64,000 nt of DNA, taken from positions 1-64,000 of IMG/VR virus record IMGVR_UViG_3300023311_001083. One strand, written 5' to 3'. A program made the translations under genes and the position numbers. This DNA comes from a virus (taxonomy: Duplodnaviria; Caudoviricetes). Below are positions 41,493 through 50,420 of this stretch, piece by piece. How positions within the stretch are numbered: the stretch's first letter is position 1; every line of letters starts with the position of its first letter. The notes under the pieces are model-generated. The model saw only the letters and a program-made list of their open reading frames with translations, did not search any database and was not told the origin of the DNA.

Positions 41493-41864
41493 TCACTGCT
41501 TTGTTATAAATGGGTTTAAATTTGGTGGAGAATATGAAGCTGGTTTCATTACTTTTCCATCTTCACGTTTAATTACTTTGCCAGTTGTAACATCTACTTT
41601 ACTCATATTGGAACGAATAACCTCATCCCATGCACCTTGTGCATCAACACCAGCTGAATGTAACGCACCAACAGTTACTACTAAGATGTCAATTAATGCG
41701 TCTAATTGTTCAACTACATCGTTATTTTCAATAGCATCTGCTAATTCATTAACTTCTTCTGTAATTAAATTTATGTACAAATTATACTGTTCTGCGTTGT
41801 ATTTGTCAACTGATTGGTCTGATGCAACCATAAATCTTTCTTGATCTTTAAATATATTACTCAT
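41493..41864 (-). CDS. MazG-like/all-alpha NTP pyrophosphohydrolase
   Basis: LITEEVNEL, DALIDILVV.VG, EV.RSNMSK, DGKVMKP. Confidence 0.8.
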   Translation of the reverse strand: MSNIFKDQERFMVASDQSVDKYNAEQYNLYINLITEEVNELADAIENNDVVEQLDALIDILVVTVGALHSAGVDAQGAWDEVIRSNMSKVDVTTGKVIKREDGKVMKPASYSPPNLNPFITKQ

Positions 41865-41906
41865 TTTATTCCTTGTTGTTTATTTAATTGTGGTATTAAG
41901 TTAAAA

Positions 41907-42080
41907 TCATCGTTGATATTGTATTAATGGTTTTTGTTTTGGTTTTAGAAACCAATCATATTCTGCAAAGCAATCAACACACGCCTTCATATTAAGTGAT
42001 GTGAATAACAGCATGGCTGCCCCGCATTTTGGACAATTTCTAGAGGGAGCTTCTTTTATTAAGTTTTTTTCTTCTGCCAT
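41907..42080 (-). CDS. small zinc-ribbon protein (57 aa, below ORF track cutoff)
   Basis: Manual translation MAEEKNLIKEAPSRNCPKCG...KACVDCFAEY. Confidence 0.6.
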   Translation of the reverse strand: MAEEKNLIKEAPSRNCPKCGAAMLLFTSLNMKACVDCFAEYDWFLKPKQKPLIQYQR

Positions 42081-42112
42081 GTTTTATTATATCTATACTA
42101 TCAACAAGATTT

Positions 42113-43492
42113 TTATAGTTTTTCACCAGGTTCAAATCCTCGAAATCTGCGAAATCTAGGGAATCGTAAACTAAATGTTCCATCTCGATTTTGTGATATT
42201 GAATCAGCACGTATCTCAATGATTCTACCAATTAGATCAGACCCGTCTGGATACTCAGTTTCGGTAATAAGTTCTTTATTTTTCACATGTGTCCATTGCA
42301 CTGGTTTTTTTGTATAATTTGCCCAAATTTGTGCTCGTAATTTAAGGGAATAACCACCACCAACATTTACTGTTATTTGTTTTTCATCATCAATACCAGA
42401 ACATGTTAATGCACCTAGCGTTCCAATTAAATCTTTTTCACCTTCTTCTACTCCAGTAATATCCAATGAAACCTCGATGAATGGTTTTAATTTCATCCAA
42501 GAATATGAACGCTTCAATTCATACAATGCATATGGATCTTTAATCATTATGCCTTCAAATCCACCATCTATTGCAGATTTATTTATTTCTTTAAATCTGC
42601 AATTACCTTCTAGTGTGTCTAAATCAACCAATTCTTGACCAATCACATCGATGCTTTTAAATGAATGTTGTGATACCCAATCACGAAGATACATTGACCG
42701 TTCACTCTGATTTAAGGTTGATGATCCATTTTCAAATTCAGATAATGGTAATATATCAAATAATTGAAGTTTTGCATCACTAGTTTCAACGTCGTCTTTT
42801 CGATACAACTGTTTCATCAAATCTTGAAACGATGAACTAACAACTTCTCCATCAAATACCATAGGTTCCGATAACGTGTTAGAAACAATAGAGAATTCAT
42901 TTTTTATGTGAGGGTAATTTATTATTTCCTTTCCGTTACGACTGAATTGATCAACCCTTCCAGTTGGATACACAATAGAAATTAACCGAACTCCATCTAA
43001 TTTAACATCAATTAATTTCTTTCCAACTAAACGATGTTCTTCACCAACAATATCTTTGGCTAATTGGACTGTAAACACTGGGACGGAATATTGTGGACAA
43101 AGTTTTTTTACAGCATTATTAACCGTTTTTTCACTTACACCACAACGTAAATCTTTTATTAGTATCCTTCTATACCAATTGTTCCATTCAGCGCGAGTAG
43201 CTGTTTTTAGACACAATTCAATGGCATTTCTAGCATCGTTTCCAGTTAGTTCACGGTTTTGCAATTGTTCAACCAGTTTGAAAAAAACTGCTGAGGGCAA
43301 TCCTTGACCATCTGGACCACCGTGAACTGGGACTTGTTTAACCCCGAATGAAATTAACGAATCTAATGCTAGTTTAACACCTTGAAAGAAATCATCATTT
43401 TTTGATCCAGCTTCTTGCTTTATCAATGTCTCTTTGGCTATTCTACTATTGTCAGATTCTAACGCTGTTATTACATCCCATGGTTTTCTCAT
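42113..43492 (-). CDS. ATP-dependent DNA ligase
   Basis: DVKLDGVR motif I, FDGE, LFDIL, EGIMIK, W.KLKP, SLRFPRF. Confidence 0.92.
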   Translation of the reverse strand: MRKPWDVITALESDNSRIAKETLIKQEAGSKNDDFFQGVKLALDSLISFGVKQVPVHGGPDGQGLPSAVFFKLVEQLQNRELTGNDARNAIELCLKTATRAEWNNWYRRILIKDLRCGVSEKTVNNAVKKLCPQYSVPVFTVQLAKDIVGEEHRLVGKKLIDVKLDGVRLISIVYPTGRVDQFSRNGKEIINYPHIKNEFSIVSNTLSEPMVFDGEVVSSSFQDLMKQLYRKDDVETSDAKLQLFDILPLSEFENGSSTLNQSERSMYLRDWVSQHSFKSIDVIGQELVDLDTLEGNCRFKEINKSAIDGGFEGIMIKDPYALYELKRSYSWMKLKPFIEVSLDITGVEEGEKDLIGTLGALTCSGIDDEKQITVNVGGGYSLKLRAQIWANYTKKPVQWTHVKNKELITETEYPDGSDLIGRIIEIRADSISQNRDGTFSLRFPRFRRFRGFEPGEKL

Positions 43493-43500
43493 TTGTTACC

Positions 43501-44085
43501 CTATTTTCGCTTTGTAATTATCTCATCAGCTAATCCGAAATCAATAGACTCTTGTGCATTTAAGAAACAATCACGAGTCATTGCTTGTTTAAATTCTTCA
43601 AAAGTTTTTCCTTTAGTATTATGCTTGACGTACATCTCTGTTAATGTGTTATTCAAACGAATCATTTCTTCCATTTGAATTTCAGCATCCCAAACTGTGC
43701 CTCTATGGCCACCGGAAACTGAATGAATCATATGTCGGCTTGTAGGCAGCATGAATCGTTTTCCAGGTGTTCCAGCATTTGCTAAAAAGCTACCCATGCT
43801 ACATGCTTGTCCCATAACAATGGTCGAAACATCTGGTTTTATAAATTGTATAGTATCATAAATTGCTAATCCAGCAGTTACTTCTCCACCAGGTGAATTA
43901 ATATATAGGTAAATATCTTTATTGGTATCTTCTGATTCTAAGTATAGTAATTGTGCCACTACTACATGTGACATTTCAGTACTAACTCCACCATTCAAAA
44001 AAATTACTCTATCGTTAAGCATTCTTGAAAAGATGTCAAACGCCCTATCTCCTTTTGGAGTTTGTTCTACAACCATTGGTATCAT
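43501..44085 (-). CDS. clpP: Clp protease proteolytic subunit
   Basis: [28 protein letters not shown] (Ser), MIHS (His), RDCFL.A.E. Confidence 0.95.
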   Translation of the reverse strand: MIPMVVEQTPKGDRAFDIFSRMLNDRVIFLNGGVSTEMSHVVVAQLLYLESEDTNKDIYLYINSPGGEVTAGLAIYDTIQFIKPDVSTIVMGQACSMGSFLANAGTPGKRFMLPTSRHMIHSVSGGHRGTVWDAEIQMEEMIRLNNTLTEMYVKHNTKGKTFEEFKQAMTRDCFLNAQESIDFGLADEIITKRK

Positions 44086-44111
44086 GTGTATTTATTCCTA
44101 TGTTATTAAAA

Positions 44112-44444
44112 TTACGGATGTCCTGCCCATTTACCAGCAAAACAATGTCTTACTTCATGACCCATTGTATGATAATTTACCGTATGCTTAGTGTAAATTA
44201 TACATGAATGACCAAATAATGATCTATTCCAAAATGAACATGCACGCATTTTATATTTAAAATTAGGCATGCCACGTTTACTAGCTTCAAAAGTACATGT
44301 TTTTTCTATATCATCAACTTGTATCCAAGTGACTGATGTAGAGTTAGTCATATTATGTTCTGCATTAAATGTATCTGTAGGAGATTCATCATATGCAAAC
44401 GCAAGACTCGATGTTAACAGTAAAAGTGCAAATATATATTTCAT
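44112..44444 (-). CDS. small exported protein with HExxH motif
   Basis: Signal peptide ending AFA; GHEVRHC. Confidence 0.55.
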   Translation of the reverse strand: MKYIFALLLLTSSLAFAYDESPTDTFNAEHNMTNSTSVTWIQVDDIEKTCTFEASKRGMPNFKYKMRACSFWNRSLFGHSCIIYTKHTVNYHTMGHEVRHCFAGKWAGHP

Positions 44445-44474
44445 AAGTTTTTCTCAGTTGTTAAATTAATGTGT

Positions 44475-44503
44475 ATTATAAGTTATTTCTTTATATCTGT
44501 CAA
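44475..44503 (-). promoter_or_regulatory. sigma70-like promoter
   Basis: TTGACA-17nt-TATAAT. Confidence 0.65.
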
Positions 44504-45036
44504 TAATGCATCATTGGTTCAATTAATAGTAATTCTTCAATGATATCGTCTAGCAGTGATACTATTTTTCCAGTAGCATCATAACCTACATCTTTTATAC
44601 GGCCAGTTATTCCTGTTGGATTACCGTGACGGTGACCATGAAGCATTAATGCACCACGTTCACAATTTTTGTGATCAAATATAGGATAATGACACATTAC
44701 TATTTTTTGATCATTATATTTTACATCTAGCAACTGATGTATAGATTCAAAACAATCTCTAAAAGTTTGTTTTCTTAACAATCCACTATCATGATTACCA
44801 AATACTAAAATTTTTTTACCATTAAGTTGTGATATAACTTCTACTGCATTATTTGGGCTAGAAAAAGAAATATCACCAAGGATATATGTTAAATCGTCAG
44901 GATTTACAATATCGTTCCATTGTTTAATCATTTCTAAGTTCATATGAACAATATCTGTATATGGTCGTGTTTCTGGACAAAATCTAATTATTGATTTATG
45001 TGAAAAATGTAAATCTGAAGTTATGTATGTGTTCAT
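44500..45036 (-). CDS. calcineurin-like metallophosphoesterase
   Basis: SDLHF.H, LGD, GNHD, HYP, HGHRH. Confidence 0.9.
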   Translation of the reverse strand: MNTYITSDLHFSHKSIIRFCPETRPYTDIVHMNLEMIKQWNDIVNPDDLTYILGDISFSSPNNAVEVISQLNGKKILVFGNHDSGLLRKQTFRDCFESIHQLLDVKYNDQKIVMCHYPIFDHKNCERGALMLHGHRHGNPTGITGRIKDVGYDATGKIVSLLDDIIEELLLIEPMMHY

Positions 45037-45065
45037 AAAAATGCTCCATCGTTAATATTCAACAT

Positions 45066-45093
45066 ATTATACAGATATTTTATAAAATGTCAA
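45066..45093 (-). promoter_or_regulatory. sigma70-like promoter
   Basis: TTGACA-16nt-TATAAT. Confidence 0.6.
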
Positions 45094-45103
45094 TAAATAT
45101 AAT

Positions 45104-45424
45104 ATGGATTATTATTTAAAACCACCTGACCCTAAGATAATTTATAATAGATTAAAACAATCTGCTAAGAAACGTGGCATAGAATTTGATTTATCAGTAC
45201 ATGACATATGGTTGTTAGATATTCCAATAACATGTCCTATTTTAGGAATTCCGTTGAAATGGCACAGGGGTAGTCCACAAGATGATAGTGCAAGTTTTGA
45301 TAGAAAAGATTCATCAAAAGGTTATTCAATTGATAATTTAGAAATTATATCTTTCAAGGCAAATCGAGCAAAGAATAATTTAACGGAAGAAGAATTGAAG
45401 AAATTCAGTCAATATTTTGGATAA
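45104..45424 (+). CDS. small HNH-like endonuclease
   Basis: CPILG..., S.DRKDSSKGY..DN..IIS.KANRAKN beta-beta-alpha-Me pattern; opposite strand to neighbours. Confidence 0.7.
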   Translation: MDYYLKPPDPKIIYNRLKQSAKKRGIEFDLSVHDIWLLDIPITCPILGIPLKWHRGSPQDDSASFDRKDSSKGYSIDNLEIISFKANRAKNNLTEEELKKFSQYFG

Positions 45425-45435
45425 TTATACTTTTT

Positions 45436-45530
45436 CGGGTGACAGGAAAAGTATTAAACCCCGTGAGAGCAGCCCATTCTGACATTTCGCTTCAGCCGAT
45501 GCGGGATAGCAGATGCTGTCAGACCCGCCA
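45436..45530 (+). ncRNA. unassigned GC-rich structured element
   Basis: CGGGTGACAG/CTGTCAGACCCG closing stem; internal GCGGG..CCCGC and GATAGC/GCTGTC hairpins; ends CCA. Confidence 0.4.
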
Positions 45531-45537
45531 AACATAT

Positions 45538-45807
45538 TTAACCAATGCGTTGAATCAAATGATATCCAAATTGTGTTTGAACTGGTTCACTAACTTTTCC
45601 AATTTCCAATGCAAATGCTGCATCTTCAAATGGTTTTACCATTTGACCTCTTCCAAAAGGACCTAAATCCCCACCATTTGCACCACTTGGGCATTTACTA
45701 TGTGATTTAGCTAGTTGAGTGAATAATGATCCTTCATCTAACTGTGATTTAATTTTTTGAATTTCTTCAAACGTTTCTACTAAAATATGTCTTGCGTTTA
45801 CTTGCAT
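45538..45807 (-). CDS. ppiC: parvulin-type peptidyl-prolyl isomerase
   Basis: ARHILV, F..LAK.HS.CPS...GGDLG.FGRGQMVKPFEDAAF, TQFGYHLI. Confidence 0.93.
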   Translation of the reverse strand: MQVNARHILVETFEEIQKIKSQLDEGSLFTQLAKSHSKCPSGANGGDLGPFGRGQMVKPFEDAAFALEIGKVSEPVQTQFGYHLIQRIG

Positions 45808-46055
45808 TATTTTTCTCCTTTCTCTTTTATAAAATCTCTATATGCCCATTTCAATGGTAATATTACCATATACCCTATAACGTTTATACCACACAATCCT
45901 AAAAACAAACCAATAAAAAATAATGCCACATGTTTAAATGTTTCAAGATCAAGAATTAAATAAGATACTTCTAGTATTAAAAGACTGACAATTATTACAG
46001 ATCCAATTAAATTTTTCTTTATTAACCAAATAATAAATTCTAAAATATTTCTCAT
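45807..46055 (-). CDS. small membrane protein
   Basis: Two hydrophobic segments. Confidence 0.55.
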   Translation of the reverse strand: MRNILEFIIWLIKKNLIGSVIIVSLLILEVSYLILDLETFKHVALFFIGLFLGLCGINVIGYMVILPLKWAYRDFIKEKGEK

Positions 46056-46615
46056 AAAATTTTCTCATTAACCAATGTTTCAACAATATTCTCTGGAAGT
46101 TCGATAGTGATTTTAATATTTAATTCCAACAATTGATCTTTAATGGTTTGTTTTTTTCTTTTCATTAATTGGACATTATCTGAAAACACACCTATATCAT
46201 CTTTTGAATATATACCAGATTCAATATAATCTTTATGATAATAGTTGCCTTCTTGGTCTTTTAATTTCTTTAAAGTTCCAGTTAATACTTCATCAGGTAA
46301 TTTTACTGGACTTGACGCTAATGAAGAATATTGAAGCATCATTTTTTCTAATGATGCAGATTTAGCTAATAACTCATTTATCCCAGCTGTATGATTAGCA
46401 TTTCCAATAGATATACGAATGTATTCCAACGCATAAAATAAATTTTTTATACGCTCGCTATTTTTTAGATTTTCTTTTTTGATTTCATCAAATAGTGTTT
46501 CAGTATTTTGAAAAATATTAACATTAGTAGATGTAATAATTGGAATTGATTTTAACAATTCGTTGATTGCTATTTGAATAGCTGCAGATTTTCGGAGTGA
46601 AATTGTTAGGCTCAT
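46052..46615 (-). CDS. hypothetical coiled-coil protein
   Basis: 187 aa ORF behind a long leader. Confidence 0.7.
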   Translation of the reverse strand: MSLTISLRKSAAIQIAINELLKSIPIITSTNVNIFQNTETLFDEIKKENLKNSERIKNLFYALEYIRISIGNANHTAGINELLAKSASLEKMMLQYSSLASSPVKLPDEVLTGTLKKLKDQEGNYYHKDYIESGIYSKDDIGVFSDNVQLMKRKKQTIKDQLLELNIKITIELPENIVETLVNEKIL

Positions 46616-46671
46616 AATATTCTCTTTGTTAAATTAAACAGTAGGTAAAAAGATCGAGTAATATACTCAGA

Positions 46672-46740
46672 CAAATTACAATATACAAAACACAATATAC
46701 AAAACACAATGAACGCATATTCCCAAAAAACAAATTACAA
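46672..46740. repeat. tandem CAATATACAAAACA x2 flanked by two CAAATTACAA
   Basis: Units at 46679-46692 and 46693-46706; CAAATTACAA at 46672 and 46731. Confidence 0.75.
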
Positions 46741-46865
46741 AGTCAATTAATTTGGATCACGCGTTATATCGCCATGCCACTGCCGTTACACAGCAGTATT
46801 TTGTAGTATATCCTCTTTTATCTTTTTACTTTACCGGGTGCTTTAATTTAAAGCACCAAAACCTT

Positions 46866-46893
46866 ATTATACACGATTAATAAATTAAGTCAA
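46866..46893 (-). promoter_or_regulatory. sigma70-like promoter
   Basis: TTGACT-16nt-TATAAT. Confidence 0.6.
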
Positions 46894-47293
46894 GTATTTT
46901 TTCATACCATTTATCAAAATTATGATCAATTATTCTAATATCATATTTTTTTGGTGGAGTAAATAAAATATTAGTATCTGGATATCTACCACTACTAATA
47001 GTATCAACCCATATCAATACATCTGGGTTGATTATTTCTCTAAATTCTTCTAATGGTGCAACCATATCAATTATGGTATGTACTGATTCAGAAGAATCTG
47101 CGAGATTTTTCATACGATGTGCTTGTCTAAATCGCCCTTCATATGAAAAATCCCAATCATCTAAATGTTCTCTTACTTTATCAGCATTATACCAATTTAC
47201 AGTAACATTGCTACTCATTAATAATGATGCTAGTTTTTCAGCAAGATTTGTTTTTCCTGAGCCAGGAAGCCCCATTATTAAAATTGTGCTCAT
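46877..47293 (-). CDS. P-loop kinase (APS-kinase-like)
   Basis: IMGLPGSGKT, WYNAD.VR, DWDFS..GR. Confidence 0.7.
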   Translation of the reverse strand: MSTILIMGLPGSGKTNLAEKLASLLMSSNVTVNWYNADKVREHLDDWDFSYEGRFRQAHRMKNLADSSESVHTIIDMVAPLEEFREIINPDVLIWVDTISSGRYPDTNILFTPPKKYDIRIIDHNFDKWYEKILDLIY

Positions 47294-47481
47294 GCTACTT
47301 TACGTTCTCTTTTTTCTAAAACTAAAATTCTAGATCTAACCCTGGCCTTTGCTTTCTTTGATGATGCTTTTTCAAACATATCTCTCAACTGGGTTAAATT
47401 AAAAGATTTTAATCTAATTTTACCATTTCTAGTTAACGCTGGCGTGCAGCGTGGTCTATTTGCTTTACTAATTGTTGCCAT
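47290..47481 (-). CDS. small basic protein
   Basis: 63 aa, overlaps neighbours. Confidence 0.55.
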   Translation of the reverse strand: MATISKANRPRCTPALTRNGKIRLKSFNLTQLRDMFEKASSKKAKARVRSRILVLEKRERKVA

Positions 47482-47921
47482 TATTCACCTATTTCGTCAG
47501 TTGTTGTGATGGGTTGAGTATTTAAGAATTCTTCTTCTTCAGCTGCATTAAAAAACCACCGTCCGTACTTTTCAATTTGTTCTCTTCTTACATCAATAGA
47601 TGGGCCTGGTGAAATTGCCATCAACTCTAAATCAGGATATTGATTCTTTGCTTGATCCAATGCTTCATCTGCGGTGCAATCCGAGTAATATCCATAAATG
47701 CGTTTATTAGCATCATGTTTATCCACAAACATTGCCATATACTCACGTACTAACCCATCATAATTTTTATTTTCCATATCTGTATCCATTATGCTAATAT
47801 CGTCAACAGTCTCTTGTTGATCGGTTTCTTCTTTCTTTTTACTAAAAATTGCATCCCAATTAGCGGCAAATTTTTCACTTGATACGCTTTTAGGTCTTGC
47901 TCTACTTCCTTTTCCTGCCAT
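47481..47921 (-). CDS. hypothetical protein
   Basis: AGGAG SD; MAGKGS..RP....F..NWD.IF N-terminus. Confidence 0.65.
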   Translation of the reverse strand: MAGKGSRARPKSVSSEKFAANWDAIFSKKKEETDQQETVDDISIMDTDMENKNYDGLVREYMAMFVDKHDANKRIYGYYSDCTADEALDQAKNQYPDLELMAISPGPSIDVRREQIEKYGRWFFNAAEEEEFLNTQPITTTDEIGE

Positions 47922-47930
47922 ATTTTCTCC

Positions 47931-47999
47931 TTATTTTTGTCTTCTACGTAATGCTCTTCTAGCTGCTGCTTGTGTTGATGTTTTTGCACGATATGCCAT
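47931..47999 (-). CDS. 22 aa Arg/Ala-rich micropeptide MAYRAKTSTQAAARRALRRRQK
   Basis: First ORF after promoter, AGAGAG SD, stop runs into TAAGGAG SD of next gene. Confidence 0.55.
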   Translation of the reverse strand: MAYRAKTSTQAAARRALRRRQK

Positions 48000-48032
48000 G
48001 ATATTTCTCTCTGTTAGTTAATGTAAGATATT

Positions 48033-48061
48033 AGTATATATTAAAAGACATATAATGTCAA
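48033..48061 (-). promoter_or_regulatory. sigma70-like promoter
   Basis: TTGACA-17nt-TATACT. Confidence 0.65.
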
Positions 48062-48078
48062 ATATTTATATGCACTAA

Positions 48079-48459
48079 TTAATCGGTAAAATAATCTATT
48101 GAACAACCACATTCTCCATCTTCACTTATATCAATATTAATATAACGGTTAGGATATTTTAAATTAATCTGTTCGTATAGATCATTAGCAATCATTTCGC
48201 ATGATTTATAATTTAAATCAAGTATTCCAGTATAAAGTGATTCAAGCCAATTTAAAAATTGATGAAATTCAATTTCTCTATCATCATGAAATACTTCAAT
48301 TGTTACTTTAAATTTAAAAAGATGACGATGTGTATTACTTAAATAACTCACATCACTATATTGAGTGCCAGGTAACGCATCTGGAAATTTGTGAGTCCCA
48401 GATTTATTGAATGTTACCCATATTTTATTAAACTGTTTTATGGTATTTAATTTATTCAT
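48079..48459 (-). CDS. second QueD-like T-fold protein (possible CDG decarboxylase DpdL-like)
   Basis: HKFP, HRHLF (HxH), SCEMIA and SEDGE echo QueD H, HGH, TxE and WE motifs. Confidence 0.55.
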   Translation of the reverse strand: MNKLNTIKQFNKIWVTFNKSGTHKFPDALPGTQYSDVSYLSNTHRHLFKFKVTIEVFHDDREIEFHQFLNWLESLYTGILDLNYKSCEMIANDLYEQINLKYPNRYINIDISEDGECGCSIDYFTD

Positions 48460-48516
48460 ATTATACCTCGTTAAAAAGTATATTATATATGAATTGTCAA
48501 ATTAAATCAAGTATTT

Positions 48517-48648
48517 TTACAAATACCACCATGTTGTTTCTATAAAAAAACCACAAAACATAAGCCAAATTAATCCAATATATAATAACAAACTTAAACT
48601 ATATATTAATGTACTCGGTTTTATTTTTTCTTTAATTTTTTCTAACAT
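48517..48648 (-). CDS. 43 aa membrane peptide
   Basis: Manual translation MLEKIKEKIKPSTLIYSLSLLLYIGLIWLMFCGFFIETTWWYL; GGAG SD. Confidence 0.4.
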   Translation of the reverse strand: MLEKIKEKIKPSTLIYSLSLLLYIGLIWLMFCGFFIETTWWYL

Positions 48649-48811
48649 ATTTTCCTCCAGGTTATATAGTATATAGTTTTATTATACAGATAGTATAGTT
48701 AAAAAACAAGAACTTATAAGTAAAAATACTATCAACAAATAATAAACAATAAAGATTTATTTTTAAATTTATGTCATTAATTTGTAACAATAGAAAATGA
48801 TAAATATTACT

Positions 48812-49729
48812 ATGAAAATGAATGAATTATTACTTGAAAGAATTTCAGTATCATCTAATACACAACAGTTGCAGACTGAAATATTATCGATTGTTGCTGA
48901 AATTAACAATAGAACATATAAACAGTTTAACTTACCTGAAGAAAGTAAACAGTATGGTTTTAAACTTCTTGTATTACTTGATGCAAAAATTACAAAGTTT
49001 TTAACTGATAAAATAAAAGAAATAGCAGATACTCATGTTAAAATTGAATTTTTAGATATGGATAACGAATCTGGATCTGGTGGTTATGTATTTGAAGAAA
49101 ATAAATTAAAATTACATAAAAAGTTATTGACTAATATAGCAAATTGGGCAGCTCATATAAGAACTCAGGCTGCGATGGGTAAAACATCGAACCAACAAAT
49201 TACAATAAATATGTTAAAAACGGCAATTGCATCATTAGTTAAGATATTTTTACATGAAATAACACATGTAATACAAATAAAATCAGCTGGTAAACCTTAT
49301 GAAAAAAGCAAGATTTATAATAAACAGCAAGTTGATGATTATTTGTCTTCATTAAATTTGAAAACGAGAAAACAACAACAAAATTATAAAGGTGATAAAG
49401 AAGATTTAAATAAGAATAGATTAAATGTTTTCTTAGCTAGAAAAGATTTGAATGATCCTAAAAATGTTGATGTATATTTAGCACAGCCAGAAGAAATAAC
49501 TGCTTATGCACAAGAATTAGTTAGTGATTTTGCTTCTAAATTAGTAAATAAATCAAAAACTCAACAGTTAATATCGATAAACAATTTTACAAATCAATTA
49601 AAAACTAATCAAATACAGCATCCATATTCATTTATGGCAAATAGTGAAGATACAAAATATAAAAATGTATATAGAAGATTTTTAAAGAGTGTTATGCAAG
49701 AATTAGTTGCATTTAAGGAACAACTATAA
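48812..49729 (+). CDS. putative capsid-targeted protein with HExxH metallopeptidase-like motif
   Basis: Start MKMNELLLE at 48812 after GATAAATA (48799-48806); FLHEITHVIQ; Y...PEEI.AYA. Confidence 0.6.
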   Translation: MKMNELLLERISVSSNTQQLQTEILSIVAEINNRTYKQFNLPEESKQYGFKLLVLLDAKITKFLTDKIKEIADTHVKIEFLDMDNESGSGGYVFEENKLKLHKKLLTNIANWAAHIRTQAAMGKTSNQQITINMLKTAIASLVKIFLHEITHVIQIKSAGKPYEKSKIYNKQQVDDYLSSLNLKTRKQQQNYKGDKEDLNKNRLNVFLARKDLNDPKNVDVYLAQPEEITAYAQELVSDFASKLVNKSKTQQLISINNFTNQLKTNQIQHPYSFMANSEDTKYKNVYRRFLKSVMQELVAFKEQL

Positions 49730-50174
49730 TTTTATCAAACCCTTCAGCTTCTGTTGGCATTTCTAAATTAGATTTCATTTGATCTAAAACATGTGTTGGT
49801 ATAGATTTACCAGGACGATTTAATCTTCTTTTATGTTCTTCTTCATCTGGAGTTGTAAACACGACAGCCACTTTATAGTAATTTAGAAAATGCTTTAATT
49901 TATTAATTCTAGTTTTTGAAGTAATATTAGTTTGATCCCATATCACATCATCTCCAGATGCAACTGCATCAGCCACTTCATCATTCATCATTTTTGTAGC
50001 GTGTGGTATAAATTCAGAAAACACTTCATTATATGTTTTTCCAACTCGTTTAGCATACTCTTCAATGTAATGATCACTGCTAATATAACGACAATCATTT
50101 GTCCATTGTTGTGATTTAACCCAAGTTGATTTTCCTGAACCTGGTACTCCGATTAAAAAGTAAACAGTACTCAT
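49713..50174 (-). CDS. P-loop kinase (AAA_33/polynucleotide kinase-like)
   Basis: LIGVPGSGKST, ISSD, IWDQTN. Confidence 0.8.
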   Translation of the reverse strand: MSTVYFLIGVPGSGKSTWVKSQQWTNDCRYISSDHYIEEYAKRVGKTYNEVFSEFIPHATKMMNDEVADAVASGDDVIWDQTNITSKTRINKLKHFLNYYKVAVVFTTPDEEEHKRRLNRPGKSIPTHVLDQMKSNLEMPTEAEGFDKIIVVP

Positions 50175-50368
50175 TGTTTTATTTTTTCCTTGAAATTTTT
50201 AATGGCCACATATCTTTTTAAATATTTTGTAAATGGATGAACATTTTTTATAGGTGCCATACTTGCAAAACTTGATTCTTGAAATCTTGAATACCATAAT
50301 TCGTAATGTTCTGGTTTAATTTCCAAATATTTCATTAAATCTTTTTGTTCTTCGGTAAAAGTATGCAT
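50171..50368 (-). CDS. hypothetical protein
   Basis: 65 aa ORF. Confidence 0.5.
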   Translation of the reverse strand: MHTFTEEQKDLMKYLEIKPEHYELWYSRFQESSFASMAPIKNVHPFTKYLKRYVAIKNFKEKIKQ

Positions 50369-50386
50369 ATAAATTCCTGTTAAAGA

Positions 50387-50414
50387 TACCGGGTAATAAT
50401 ATAATTACCCGGTG
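50387..50414 (-). terminator. hairpin terminator after lipoprotein gene
   Basis: CCGGGTAAT / ATTACCCGG stem. Confidence 0.55.
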
Positions 50415-50420
50415 TATAAA

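Noticed and set aside
45436-45530. tRNA-Sec/suppressor tRNA (TCA in a 7-nt loop, 3' CCA) or HDV-like ribozyme on the minus strand (GCGAAA before a P2-like strand)
   Set aside because: No D or T arm consensus and only a 3-bp anticodon stem; the HDV model lacks the UCC-containing L3 and P1.1. Kept only as an unassigned element.
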